The notes under the pieces: model-generated
Seen by the model: only the letters and a program-made list of their open reading frames with translations
Database searches by the model: none
Told to the model about the DNA's origin: nothing
Shown here: one piece after another, positions 1 through 10,406 of the stretch
How positions within the stretch are numbered: position 1 is the stretch's first letter
How the letters are laid out: each line of letters opens with the position of its first letter
Assembly: GCA_965216465.1 (NCBI GenBank)
Contig: CBDCFW010000006.1
Location: 992,001-1,056,000, forward strand
Reading direction: 5' to 3'
DNA: 64,000 nucleotides
From: Bacteroidia bacterium
Lineage (GTDB): Bacteria; Bacteroidota; Bacteroidia; NS11-12g; UBA9320
Made by a program: the position numbers and the translations under genes

Positions 1-1
1 T

Positions 2-970
2 ACGGTTAGCTATGGAGAAAAATGGAGGCTTAGACTATCTAAACTTAGACATCAAAATTCGTTGGTATTTCACAAAACCGACAGATTCTATGGACAGTTT
101 ATAGGCCAAGAGATAAAAAAGTTTTTAAATGAAAATAGCTTAGAGGCAGATTTAATTGCGTCTCACGGACACACGGTGTTTCATCAACCCGACAACAACA
201 TTACTGTTCAAGTAGGAGATGGAAATAGCATCTATGCGTATACAGGAATTCCTACTGTTACAAACTTTAGAGCTTTGGATGTCGTTCTAGGTGGAGAAGG
301 TGCACCACTTGTCGGAGTTGCTGACCAATACATGTTTGGTGAGTTTGATATGTGCCTTAACCTAGGTGGATTTGCCAATATCTCGACCAACATAAACGGC
401 AATAGAATTGCATATGACGTTTGCCCTTGTAACATTGTTTTAAACAGAATTGCAAGAGAGTTCGATAAGGAGTATGATGAAGATGGAGCTATCGCAGAAA
501 GAGGTAACATTGATTACGACTTACTATCTGACCTAAATAACATTGAGTATTATGAATATGAACCACCAAAGTCTCTTGGGCGGGAGTGGATTAGCTCAAA
601 CTTCTGGCAAAATGTAAGAAGCAGTGTTGCTAAAAAAGAAGATAAAATGAAAACCCTTGTTGATCATATTGCTCAACAAATCGGAAATAACATTGAAGAC
701 CTGTCAAGCGAAGATGCAAGTGGAAGACGTGTATTGGTTACTGGAGGAGGAGCATTCAACAAAACGTTGATATCGCACCTAAGAAGCCACACGGAAGCAG
801 AAATTGTGGTGCCTGATGAAATGGTAGTAAACTACAAAGAAGCATTGGCATTTGCTCTGCTAGGAATGCTTCGGGTTCAAAATAAAATTAATGTATTATC
901 AATCGCCACAGGTGCAACCAGCGACACGGTTTCTGGTTCTCTTTATGGCGACTTTTCTAAACTGAAATAA
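2..970 (+). CDS. anmK: Anhydro-N-acetylmuramic acid kinase (5' end lies before the window)
   Basis: Motifs ASHGHTVFHQP, GGEGAPLV, LNLGGFAN, PPKSLGRE, TGGGAFN, KEALAFA; the frame is open from position 2. Confidence 0.92.
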   Translation, partial: TVSYGEKWRLRLSKLRHQNSLVFHKTDRFYGQFIGQEIKKFLNENSLEADLIASHGHTVFHQPDNNITVQVGDGNSIYAYTGIPTVTNFRALDVVLGGEGAPLVGVADQYMFGEFDMCLNLGGFANISTNINGNRIAYDVCPCNIVLNRIAREFDKEYDEDGAIAERGNIDYDLLSDLNNIEYYEYEPPKSLGREWISSNFWQNVRSSVAKKEDKMKTLVDHIAQQIGNNIEDLSSEDASGRRVLVTGGGAFNKTLISHLRSHTEAEIVVPDEMVVNYKEALAFALLGMLRVQNKINVLSIATGATSDTVSGSLYGDFSKLK

Positions 971-2214
971 TGGAAAAACTCCTTAAAAAATTCGAAAACA
1001 AACAACCTGAAATTGTTTTTGAGTGGAAAGACTCAGAAACAGAAGCAGAAGGATGGGTTGTAATTAACTCTCTTCGTAATGGTGCTGCCGGAGGTGGTAC
1101 GAGAATGAGAAAAGGCTTAGATAAGCGAGAAGTTGAATCGCTTGCTAAAACAATGGAAATTAAATTTACTGTGGCAGGACCTGCTATAGGCGGAGCAAAA
1201 TCAGGAATTAATTTCGACCCCTCTGACCCACGTAAAGAAGGTGTACTAAGAAGATGGTACAAAGCTGTGGCTCCACTTCTTAGAAATTACTACGGAACTG
1301 GAGGTGATATGAATGTTGACCAATATGCTGAAGTTATCCCTTATACTTCTGACCTTGGTGTTCTTCACCCTCAGGAAGGAGTTGTAAACGGTTACTTCAC
1401 CGAATACTCGAAAGTTGATAAGCTTCAAGCAATTACCCGTTTACAGACTGGGGTTCTTTTACCGATTGTGGATGAAAGATTCACGCCAAATATTTCAAAG
1501 CGATATACCATATCAGATATGATCACAGGATGGGGAGTAACAGAAGCTATTCGTCATTACTATGATATCTGGGGAGGAATTCTTCCAGGAAAAAGAGCCA
1601 TTATTCAAGGATGGGGTAACGTTTCAGCAGCGGCGGCATTCTACCTTGCGAAGCATGGCGTTAAGATTATCGGAATTATCGATAGAGTTGGTGGAGTAAT
1701 CAACATGGAAGGTTATGGAGAAGCAGAGATAACTGAAATGTTCATCAACAGAAATGGAAATTCATTAAACCTAGAAGCTCTAGGTGATGCAGCCTTGAGT
1801 TTTGAAGAAGCCAACGAGAAGATTTGGAGCCTAGGTGCAGAGATTTTTGTTCCTGGTGCTGGATCACGTTTAGTTACAAAAGAACAAGTTGATCAACTCA
1901 TCGACGGTCAAGCAGAAGTTATTAGCTGTGGAGCAAATGTTCCGTTTGCTGACCAAGAAATCTTTATGGGACCAATTTCGATGTACGCTGACGACAACAT
2001 CGCAGTAATTCCAGATTTCGTAGCGAACTGCGGAATGGCAAGAACCTTTGGTTATCTTATGTCAGAAAATGCAGAAGTTGAAGACGTTTCGATTCTAAAA
2101 GATTCAACAGAAACTATTCATAGGCAAATGTTAAAACTACACCAGTTCAATCCTAAACATACAGGATTAAGTAAGAAAGCTCTTGAGCTAAGCTTAACAG
2201 AATTGGTTAAATAA
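970..2214 (+). CDS. Glu/Leu/Phe/Val dehydrogenase family protein
   Basis: GGGTRM, GGAKSGI, GGDMNV, Rossmann IQGWGNV, GANVPF, PDFVANCG motifs; start overlaps the anmK stop. Confidence 0.88.
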   Translation: MEKLLKKFENKQPEIVFEWKDSETEAEGWVVINSLRNGAAGGGTRMRKGLDKREVESLAKTMEIKFTVAGPAIGGAKSGINFDPSDPRKEGVLRRWYKAVAPLLRNYYGTGGDMNVDQYAEVIPYTSDLGVLHPQEGVVNGYFTEYSKVDKLQAITRLQTGVLLPIVDERFTPNISKRYTISDMITGWGVTEAIRHYYDIWGGILPGKRAIIQGWGNVSAAAAFYLAKHGVKIIGIIDRVGGVINMEGYGEAEITEMFINRNGNSLNLEALGDAALSFEEANEKIWSLGAEIFVPGAGSRLVTKEQVDQLIDGQAEVISCGANVPFADQEIFMGPISMYADDNIAVIPDFVANCGMARTFGYLMSENAEVEDVSILKDSTETIHRQMLKLHQFNPKHTGLSKKALELSLTELVK

Positions 2215-2238
2215 TATTTCGAAAAATTAAATATTTAG

Positions 2239-2264
2239 AAGGGCGGCTTTGGTCGCCCTTTTTT
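2239..2264 (+). terminator. Intrinsic terminator between convergent genes
   Basis: AAGGGCGGC-TTTG-GTCGCCCTT stem followed by a T-run. Confidence 0.8.
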
Positions 2265-3222
2265 AGTAACCTATAATACTTTGGGTCTTGGCTCCGATTG
2301 GATGCTGATTTGCGGCCAAACGTGCATATTCCTTAGCCTGTTCGCTATCGCCTTTTCTTTCAGATGCTACTGCCAAATTGTGATATAATTTAGCCAGCTT
2401 TTTACGTTTCTTTTCGCGTTTAATTCCTTTAAGCCATTGTTCTTCGGCCTCATCCCAGTTGTCGTCTCGAACAAGAACAATACCTTTTTCAAGGAATGTA
2501 TTTCCTGAAATGTAGAGCTCACGAGTGGTGTAATAATTAATTGGAGAAACTTTTGCAGCATACATTCTTCCATATTTAGCTCCTAGGTTGTTCATTTCTC
2601 TTCTGAAATTGTTTTCAAGCAGTTGGGTTGCCGCCATTCTTGAAAGTGCTTCTCCTTCATAGAAATAATTGTCTGTGTACACTTCCTCATCCAAAACTCT
2701 CCCTGTTGCAACCTCATACAATCTCCACCCCATAGTGATGTCGATTGATCTCCGCCCAACGTAATAATCTACTTCTTTAAACACTCTATCGGCAATACGT
2801 TCTTTTCTGATTTCAATCGTGTAATTATCTCGAATTTGTTGATCCCACATCTCAAGCGAAATGGCTAACCCCGGATTGTTAGGCAAACCTTGAAGGTCAC
2901 CTGCGGTTAATGAGTCATGAAATCTGCCATTGGCACGTTGCATGTTAAACTGTCTAGTATAAGCACTAAAGTATCTTCGTCTTCTAATCTCAGATTGCAC
3001 ACCAGAAATTGCTCCATTTATCGCAAAAGGGGTATTTGGAATAACATAGCCATTCACATCTTGTTGTGTAATCGGCGGAGAAATACGGTTAAGTATTGCG
3101 ATTTGTTTATTCGTTTCTGGAAGAACCAGCTGAGTTTCAGAGGTGCCGGTTTGATACGAAACATTTTGTACTCCACAACCCATTATAAAAAATGGAAGTA
3201 GGGCTAATATCTTTTTTATCAT
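2263..3222 (-). CDS. Lipoprotein with C-terminal TPR (DUF6340-like)
   Basis: Lipobox FIMG-C; C-terminal TPR-like helices (AKLYHNLAVASERKGD). Confidence 0.6.
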   Translation of the reverse strand: MIKKILALLPFFIMGCGVQNVSYQTGTSETQLVLPETNKQIAILNRISPPITQQDVNGYVIPNTPFAINGAISGVQSEIRRRRYFSAYTRQFNMQRANGRFHDSLTAGDLQGLPNNPGLAISLEMWDQQIRDNYTIEIRKERIADRVFKEVDYYVGRRSIDITMGWRLYEVATGRVLDEEVYTDNYFYEGEALSRMAATQLLENNFRREMNNLGAKYGRMYAAKVSPINYYTTRELYISGNTFLEKGIVLVRDDNWDEAEEQWLKGIKREKKRKKLAKLYHNLAVASERKGDSEQAKEYARLAANQHPIGAKTQSIIGY

Positions 3223-5237
3223 AAGTCTTTTAATTTAGTTTCAAGTTCATTCATTTCATCACGCAATCGAGCAGCCTCCATAAAGTCCATATCTTTTGCA
3301 GCTTGAAGCATTCGTTTTTTTGTAGCCTCGATCGCCTTTTTAATGCCATCCTTGCTCATCATTTCCACTATTGGATCAGCTGCAATGTTCATAGCCGATT
3401 CAGATTCATATGGGTTTGTTACTTTTTCAAGAGCAGATTTATCTCCGGTATTAAAGACTGATGTTTTATCACGTATAATGGTCTGAGGCACAATACCATG
3501 TTCTTCATTGTATTTGAGCTGAAGCATTCTTCGCCTTTCAGTTTCTTCAATCGTCACACGCATGCTTTCTGTGATTTTATCAGCATACATGATTACTTTG
3601 CCGTTTACATTTCTAGCTGCTCTACCAACCGTCTGAACCAAGCTTCTTTCACTTCTTAAAAAGCCTTCTTTATCGGCGTCTAAAATAGCAACCAAACTTA
3701 CTTCTGGTAAGTCTAGGCCTTCTCTTAAAAGGTTTACTCCGATAAGCACATCAATGTCTCCATGACGCAATCGATCGAGTATTTCAACCCGATCCAAAGT
3801 TTTAACCTCTGAGTGAATATAAGTAGATGAAATTCCCAAGTTTCGAACGTATTTGTCAAGCTCTTCAGCCATTCTTTTGGTTAGGGTTGTGACCAAGACG
3901 CGATCACCCATTTTAACACGTTCATCAATCTGTTCAAGAAGGTCGTCAACCTGAGTGCCACAAGGCTTCACTTCGATTATTGGGTCTAATAATCCTGTAG
4001 GACGGATAAGTTGCTCAACGATTACACCTTCACTTTCTTGAATTTCGTAATCGGCAGGAGTCGCACTTACATAAACCACTTGATTAGTAATTTCTGTGAA
4101 TTCTTCAAATTTTAATGGTCTGTTATCTAGGGCTGCTGATAATCTAAATCCATAGTCTACCAAGTTAATTTTTCGACTTCGATCACCACCATACATGGCT
4201 CTTACCTGTGGGATTGTAACATGACTTTCATCAACAATCATCAGGTAATCATCAGGAAAATAATCGAGCAGGCAAAATGGTCGCTGACCCGGTTTTCTGC
4301 CGTCCATATAGCGACTGTAATTTTCTATTCCACTGCAGTAACCCAATTCACGCATCATTTCCATATCAAATTCAGTACGTTCCTGAAGTCGTTTGGCTTC
4401 AAGATACTTTTGAACTTCTTTGAAATAATCGACTTGTTTAACCATATCGTCTTGAATCGATGATATCGCTTTCCTCAATCTCTCTTTTGGCGTTACGAAA
4501 AGTTGTGCAGGAAATATTGCAGCATGTTCTAAGGTTTCAATTCGCTTGCCAGACATTGGATCGATGAATTCCAACTCCTCAATTTCGTTACCAAAAAAAC
4601 TAACCCTTAAAGCAACGTCGTCGTAAGCAAGGTAAATATCAACCGTGTCACCTTTTACGCGAAATGTACCGCGTTTGAAGTCAGCAGTAGTTCTTGAATA
4701 GAGCGAGTCAACTAAAGCATATAGCAAGGTGTTTCGAGCTAAAATTTGTCCTCGTTCCAATCGAATGATACTGTTCTCATAGTCGCTAGGATTACCTGCA
4801 CCATAAATGCAAGAAACCGAAGCAACAACAATTACGTCTCGACGACCACTAAGCAAAGCTGAAGTGGTTTGCAGTCGCATCTTTTCAATTTCTTCATTGA
4901 TATTAAGATCCTTCTCGATGTACGTGTTGGTTGTTGGTATAAATGCCTCAGGCTGATAATAATCGTAATACGATACAAAGTACTGCACCGAATTTTCAGG
5001 AAAAAAGTGTTTAAACTCGCCATATAGCTGAGCTACCAAAGTTTTGTTGTGGCTCACAATGATGGTTGGTTTTTGAACCTGTTCTATCACGTTGGCCATC
5101 GTAAAAGTCTTGCCCGATCCCGTCACACCAAGAAGGGTTTGTGCAGGTATGCCTTCATTCACTCCAGAAACAAGTTGTTTTATCGCTTGAGGTTGATCAC
5201 CGGTTGGTTTAAATGGAGAATGGATTTTAAAAGGCAT
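3219..5237 (-). CDS. uvrB: Excinuclease ABC subunit B
   Basis: PTGDQP, GVTGSGKT, YYDYYQPEA, DESH, INLLREGLD-type motif, C-terminal UVR domain. Confidence 0.98.
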   Translation of the reverse strand: MPFKIHSPFKPTGDQPQAIKQLVSGVNEGIPAQTLLGVTGSGKTFTMANVIEQVQKPTIIVSHNKTLVAQLYGEFKHFFPENSVQYFVSYYDYYQPEAFIPTTNTYIEKDLNINEEIEKMRLQTTSALLSGRRDVIVVASVSCIYGAGNPSDYENSIIRLERGQILARNTLLYALVDSLYSRTTADFKRGTFRVKGDTVDIYLAYDDVALRVSFFGNEIEELEFIDPMSGKRIETLEHAAIFPAQLFVTPKERLRKAISSIQDDMVKQVDYFKEVQKYLEAKRLQERTEFDMEMMRELGYCSGIENYSRYMDGRKPGQRPFCLLDYFPDDYLMIVDESHVTIPQVRAMYGGDRSRKINLVDYGFRLSAALDNRPLKFEEFTEITNQVVYVSATPADYEIQESEGVIVEQLIRPTGLLDPIIEVKPCGTQVDDLLEQIDERVKMGDRVLVTTLTKRMAEELDKYVRNLGISSTYIHSEVKTLDRVEILDRLRHGDIDVLIGVNLLREGLDLPEVSLVAILDADKEGFLRSERSLVQTVGRAARNVNGKVIMYADKITESMRVTIEETERRRMLQLKYNEEHGIVPQTIIRDKTSVFNTGDKSALEKVTNPYESESAMNIAADPIVEMMSKDGIKKAIEATKKRMLQAAKDMDFMEAARLRDEMNELETKLKDL

Positions 5238-5265
5238 CGAACAAAAGTATGCACTGAAATCGGAA

Positions 5266-5754
5266 TTAAGAATTGCCGAATGTTATCTTATCCAATTTAT
5301 TGGTTTCATTGAAAAGCATGCTGTACATTTTGCCTTTGAAGTTGATTTGAACCATATTTGATTGGTTGGGGAATGAATCTATCAATAAGGTATTTCCAAT
5401 TTCAATGTCTTTAAGCTTGCGGCGACACTTTATCGGTTTCAGGTGAACGATCGTTTCGCTGAAATTAACTTCAACAGTTGCAACACCAATACGCTGTTTT
5501 TTACCGTTGAATTTAATATCAAGGTTTTCGCTGATGTATAATAAAATTAGCAAGTCGTTAGTAGACGAATCAGATAGATGTACTTCTTCGTTCGCCCTCT
5601 CGCTTAACACGGCTTCTAAATGTTCTGTATCCGTTCGCCATTCTACTTCGAACTGTTTTTTATTCTCATCCAATGTCATAGTCATCCACGATGTGTGAAA
5701 GTCATGTTGAGGAGCCAATAGATAGATGAAAACTGCAATTATGTCCAATACCAC
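5266..5754 (-). CDS. Hypothetical exported protein (DUF6702-like)
   Basis: Hydrophobic N-terminus then HDFHTS; LLIDSFPNQSNMV motif; adjacent to an M1 peptidase; TAATTTTG promoter 4 nt before the GTG. Confidence 0.6.
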   Translation of the reverse strand: MVLDIIAVFIYLLAPQHDFHTSWMTMTLDENKKQFEVEWRTDTEHLEAVLSERANEEVHLSDSSTNDLLILLYISENLDIKFNGKKQRIGVATVEVNFSETIVHLKPIKCRRKLKDIEIGNTLLIDSFPNQSNMVQINFKGKMYSMLFNETNKLDKITFGNS

Positions 5755-5804
5755 TTTTCAAAATTAAGGATTTACCTTTCTTTGTTGACTTTATTTTTTA
5801 GCTC

Positions 5805-7979
5805 ATGAAGAAACCAACCTTAACCCTTCTCGCTTTAGCGGCATGTTTTCAACTGTCATTAGCCCAAAACACCAATCATAATAAGTTTAGGCAGCTTGGC
5901 CAAGAATTACCTACACCCAATGTGTATCGTACAGCTAGTGGTGCTCCTGGACATTTGTATTGGCAGCAGAAGGCTGATTATGTAATGAATATAGAGCTTG
6001 ATGATGAAAATCAGATTGTTAGAGGTACCGAAAATATTACCTATACCAATAATTCACCTGACCATCTTGAGTACCTATGGATTCAACTTGATCAAAACAT
6101 GAGAAATCCTGAGTCTCAGACTTACAAAATTCAAACCGGTAAAATCGACGATGGAATGAGTCTATACGAATACAAGAATTTATTTCATGAGTTTCCGGGT
6201 GGATTTAATATCGAGTATGTTCAAAAAGCTGATGGTTCAGATTTTGATATCGAAGTGAACCACACGATGATGTTGGTTAAATTGGAATCTCCACTCAAAC
6301 CAAGTGAGAAGATTGAGCTGAATATTAAATGGTGGTACAACATCAATAACCGTATGGAGATTGGCGGTAGAAGCGGCTATGAATACTTTGCTGAAGATGA
6401 GAACTATCTCTATACCATTGCACAATTCTTCCCAAGAATGGCGGTGTATAGTGATGTTGAAGGATGGCAAAATAAACAGTTTTTAGGGCGTGGAGAGTTT
6501 ACGCTACCTTTTGGGGACTACGATGTAAAATTAACTGTTCCGTCTGATATGATTGTAGGTGCTACTGGTGAAATTCAAAATAAGTCAGAAGTGCTAACGG
6601 CGACTCAAATTGAAAGACTAAAACAAGCCGAAACAGCAGATAAACCGGTTGTTATTGTAACGCAAGAAGAAGCTACTAAGAATGAGTCTTCTAGAAGTAA
6701 AGAAAATAAAACTTGGCATTTTAAAGCACAAAATGTCCGTGACTTTGGATGGTCTGCTTCTCGAAAATTTATTTGGGATGCTCAAGGTGTAAAGTTCGGA
6801 GATAGAACGGTAATGGCAATGTCGCTTTATCCTAAAGAAGGAAACCCGATGTGGGAGAAGTATAGCACAAAAGCAGTTGTTCTTACGCTTCAAACGTATT
6901 CTAAATTTACATTCGACTATCCATATCCCGTTGCATACTCCGTAAACGCTAAAAGTATAGGAATGGAGTATCCTATGATTTGTTTCAATGGAGGAAGAAC
7001 AAAAAAAGATGGTACTTTCTCAGATGACGTTAAATACAGAACAATTCTAGTGATTATTCACGAAGTGGGACACAACTTCTTTCCCATGATCATTAACTCT
7101 GATGAACGTCAATGGACGTGGATGGATGAAGGGCTAAACACCTTTTTGCAATATCAAACAGAAAAAGCATGGACGGATGAAACGGGTAAAGCATTCCCCA
7201 GTCAAAGAGGTCCAGCTCACAAGATTGTTCCATATATGTCAGGCGATAAGCGCTATATCTCGCCTATTATGACCAATTCAGAAAGCATTTATCAGTTCGG
7301 TAACAATGCCTATGGTAAACCATGTACAGGTTTAAATATTTTAAGAGAAACTATCATGGGGCCAGAACTTTTCGATTATGCATTTAAGACTTATGCAAAT
7401 CGCTGGATGTTCAAGCACCCTAGTCCTGCAGATTTCTTTAGAACAATGGAAGATGCAAGTGCGGTAGACCTTGATTGGTTTTGGAGGGGCTGGTTTTATA
7501 CTACAGATCATTGTGATATAGCAATGACCTCTGTTAAGGAGTACCGTATAAATCTGAATAGGCCTTCAGATAAAGCAAGTGCTAAAAAAGCCGAGAAGAT
7601 GGTCAAGAAACAGCATAAGAATGGAGAATTCGATCCAATCTTGCACAGCATCTATAACGCAAAGAATCCAGCAATGGCTTATGATAAAGTTAAGCAGTTT
7701 GTAATGGCAGATTCAAGAAAAAACAAGATGAGTGAAGATTCTTATTTCTATCAAATCGACTTGAAAAATCTTGGAGGACTAACCATGCCCGTAATCTTTA
7801 AACTAGATTATGCTGATGGCACTTCGGAAGAAATTCGAATTCCAGCTGAAATTTGGAAAATGGAAGATCAGGTAAGTAAGATTATCATAACAGATCAAGC
7901 AGTTAAGAAGATTACGCTAGATCCAAATCTTGAAACCGCAGACACCGATACAAGCAATAACATTTGGGAAAAGTCGTAA
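5805..7979 (+). CDS. M1 family zinc aminopeptidase, secreted
   Basis: Signal peptide; GMEYP; HEVGH-x18-E (WMDEG). Confidence 0.9.
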   Translation: MKKPTLTLLALAACFQLSLAQNTNHNKFRQLGQELPTPNVYRTASGAPGHLYWQQKADYVMNIELDDENQIVRGTENITYTNNSPDHLEYLWIQLDQNMRNPESQTYKIQTGKIDDGMSLYEYKNLFHEFPGGFNIEYVQKADGSDFDIEVNHTMMLVKLESPLKPSEKIELNIKWWYNINNRMEIGGRSGYEYFAEDENYLYTIAQFFPRMAVYSDVEGWQNKQFLGRGEFTLPFGDYDVKLTVPSDMIVGATGEIQNKSEVLTATQIERLKQAETADKPVVIVTQEEATKNESSRSKENKTWHFKAQNVRDFGWSASRKFIWDAQGVKFGDRTVMAMSLYPKEGNPMWEKYSTKAVVLTLQTYSKFTFDYPYPVAYSVNAKSIGMEYPMICFNGGRTKKDGTFSDDVKYRTILVIIHEVGHNFFPMIINSDERQWTWMDEGLNTFLQYQTEKAWTDETGKAFPSQRGPAHKIVPYMSGDKRYISPIMTNSESIYQFGNNAYGKPCTGLNILRETIMGPELFDYAFKTYANRWMFKHPSPADFFRTMEDASAVDLDWFWRGWFYTTDHCDIAMTSVKEYRINLNRPSDKASAKKAEKMVKKQHKNGEFDPILHSIYNAKNPAMAYDKVKQFVMADSRKNKMSEDSYFYQIDLKNLGGLTMPVIFKLDYADGTSEEIRIPAEIWKMEDQVSKIIITDQAVKKITLDPNLETADTDTSNNIWEKS

Positions 7980-8051
7980 GCGACCACAGATTTAATTCTT
8001 TCGCCATTCTGGTGTAAAAATCATTGCATTTGAGCAATATATTTGTATCGA

Positions 8052-8915
8052 ATGAAACATTGGATTGCCGCTTTTAGGCTCAAAACACTTCCGCTTGCAT
8101 TAGGAGCTATCATAATTGGAAGTAGCTTGAATAAGCTTTCTTTTGAATTTGAAATATTTCTTTTTGCCTCGATAACTGCCATCTTACTCCAAATTTTAAG
8201 CAACTTGGCAAATGATTATGGCGACTTCAAAAAAGGAACAGACAAACACAGAAAAGACCGACAACTGGCAGGAGGAAACATTTCTCCTAGAGCCATGCTA
8301 ATCGCAATTGTAGTTTTTATATTGATGTGTTTGGCATCTGGTGTTTATCTTTTGCATTTATCATTTGACACGAATTGGAAACTGTGGTTCACTTTCTTAG
8401 GACTAGGCATCGCATCCATTTTTGCTGCCATTGGTTATACCGTCGGCAAAAAAGCCTATGGATATCATGGGTTAGGAGACCTATTTGTATTCCTTTTCTT
8501 TGGACTCCTTGGAGTGCTAGGAACAGCTTTTTTATTTGAGCCAGAAATAACCATGTACCAATGGTTTCCAGCCATTGCTTACGGGTGTTTGTGTGTTGGA
8601 GTGTTGAATGTAAACAACATGAGAGATTTGGATAAAGATGTCTTAACTAACAAAATAACCATCGCTGCGAAATTGGGTAAAAGTGGGGCATTCTTATACC
8701 AGCTTATTTTATTGGTTAGTGCTGCTCTTGCTTTCATAATTTATCACTTTGAAACGGGTTATATAAGCTTAGCTCCACTTGTTCTTATTGCTCTCGGATA
8801 TTTTCATCTAAGAGCCTTGCAAAAAGCTGAAACGGCCGACGAATACAACAAGCAATTGAAGACCTTGTCATTGGGTAGCTTAGCCGTTGCAATCATTTTT
8901 ATCATTCCAATCTAA
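8052..8915 (+). CDS. menA: 1,4-dihydroxy-2-naphthoate octaprenyltransferase
   Basis: R-x-KTLP, NLANDYGD, YGYxGLGD, NNMRD motifs; multiple TM helices; ATG 8052 preferred over TTG 8043. Confidence 0.92.
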   Translation: MKHWIAAFRLKTLPLALGAIIIGSSLNKLSFEFEIFLFASITAILLQILSNLANDYGDFKKGTDKHRKDRQLAGGNISPRAMLIAIVVFILMCLASGVYLLHLSFDTNWKLWFTFLGLGIASIFAAIGYTVGKKAYGYHGLGDLFVFLFFGLLGVLGTAFLFEPEITMYQWFPAIAYGCLCVGVLNVNNMRDLDKDVLTNKITIAAKLGKSGAFLYQLILLVSAALAFIIYHFETGYISLAPLVLIALGYFHLRALQKAETADEYNKQLKTLSLGSLAVAIIFIIPI

Positions 8916-8920
8916 ATAGC

Positions 8921-9940
8921 GTGTATCAATTTCAATTAGAAAAACACGAACTCGAGTTCATTATTCCAGCTAAAACATCGCGAAACGAGTTTCGAAAAAG
9001 GGATGTTTTTCGCATTGAAATTATTGACCCAATTACCGGAAAATCAGGCTTCGGAGAGGCAGCTCCTCTTGCACTTTTAAGTATTGATGACCGTGATGAT
9101 TATGAGCAGGTTTTAGAAGATCGATTGGCCAAATTCTGTGAAACGGGAAAGTTAGAACAGGTTGACCTGAATCAATTGCCAAGTATTCGCTTTGGATTAG
9201 AAACTGCACTGTTAAGCTTACGATCTGAAGATTCTGAAATCTTGTATAACACTCCATTCACTAGAGGAGACCAGGATATTCCAATTAATGGTTTGGTCTG
9301 GATGGATACGTGCGATAACATGTACGAATCTGCACTAAGTAAGATCGAGCAGGGTTATACAACAATTAAATTCAAGGTTGGAGCACAAGATTTTGACGAA
9401 GAGTGCAAAATGCTTGAAAGAATAAGAAAAGGCTTTTCTGCTTTTAAAATAACTTTAAGACTTGATGCCAATGGAGCTTTTAAACCCGATGAGGCTATTG
9501 AGCAATTAAATGAACTAAAACGATTTGAAATTCATAGCATTGAGCAACCTATAGCCAAAGATCAATGGGATACTATGGAAGAATTGTGTCACAAAAAGCC
9601 AATTGATATCGCTTTAGATGAAGAATTAATTGGGGTAGATGTTCATCGTTACGGATTTCAACTATTAAGACACCTCAAACCGCAGTACATCATTTTAAAA
9701 CCAAATTTGCTAGGTGGCCTTGTATTATCAGATCAATGGGTGCAACTCGCAAATAATGAGGGTGTTGGATGGTGGGCTACTTCTGCACTAGAGGGAAATA
9801 TTGGGCTAAATGCAATTGCCCAATGGGTGAGCCAATACCCCGTTGAAACACCTCAAGGATTAGGCACTGGAGCCTTGTTCAAGAATAATTTTCCGAGTCG
9901 ACTGCAACTAAACAGAGGGTTTATGCGTCTAAGTGTATAG
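8921..9940 (+). CDS. menC: o-succinylbenzoate synthase
   Basis: Enolase superfamily KFKVG, LDANGAF, IEQP, ALDEEL, ILKP; next to menA. Confidence 0.88.
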   Translation: MYQFQLEKHELEFIIPAKTSRNEFRKRDVFRIEIIDPITGKSGFGEAAPLALLSIDDRDDYEQVLEDRLAKFCETGKLEQVDLNQLPSIRFGLETALLSLRSEDSEILYNTPFTRGDQDIPINGLVWMDTCDNMYESALSKIEQGYTTIKFKVGAQDFDEECKMLERIRKGFSAFKITLRLDANGAFKPDEAIEQLNELKRFEIHSIEQPIAKDQWDTMEELCHKKPIDIALDEELIGVDVHRYGFQLLRHLKPQYIILKPNLLGGLVLSDQWVQLANNEGVGWWATSALEGNIGLNAIAQWVSQYPVETPQGLGTGALFKNNFPSRLQLNRGFMRLSV

Positions 9941-10051
9941 TAGTGTAATATAAGTGTACGAATTTGAAAACACTTTTATTGTCATATTTTGTTTTTTTTA
10001 TATAAATCTGACAATGGCACAATATTTTCACTACTTTTGTATATACATTAC

Positions 10052-10363
10052 GTGAAAAAGGTTTTTTACATAGCGTTCATTTTTGTTTTCGCCAGTTTAA
10101 TGGCGTTTGCGACTGGAGATACTGACCTCGGGCAGAATTATCCTAATCCTGCTAAGGAAAAAACTTACGTAAATGTTGAATTCACTTCTCCTCAGGCAAC
10201 CCTTACAATTTCTAATGTTTTAGGGAAAACGCTTGAGATCAAAACCTTAACAACTTCAGGAACATTTGAGCTGGATGTTACCAACTATCCTGAAGGTATT
10301 TACTTCTACACACTCGAAGCCGATGGTGAAAAGTTGACTAAGAAGATGACTGTTAAGAAGTAA
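10052..10363 (+). CDS. Small protein: signal peptide plus T9SS type A C-terminal domain only
   Basis: GTG start giving MKKVFYIAF..AFA; then YPNPA...GIYF...TKKMTVKK CTD signature; TACTTTTG promoter at 10032-10039. Confidence 0.8.
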   Translation: MKKVFYIAFIFVFASLMAFATGDTDLGQNYPNPAKEKTYVNVEFTSPQATLTISNVLGKTLEIKTLTTSGTFELDVTNYPEGIYFYTLEADGEKLTKKMTVKK

Positions 10364-10406
10364 TTTTTTAATCCAAATTTTTTGAAATTGTCAAAGGGTG
10401 AATTCG

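Noticed and set aside
10015-10030. TGGCAC-AATAT-TTTC as a sigma54 promoter
   Set aside because: The -12 element lacks TTG, and a good TACTTTTG box at 10032-10039 explains the promoter.
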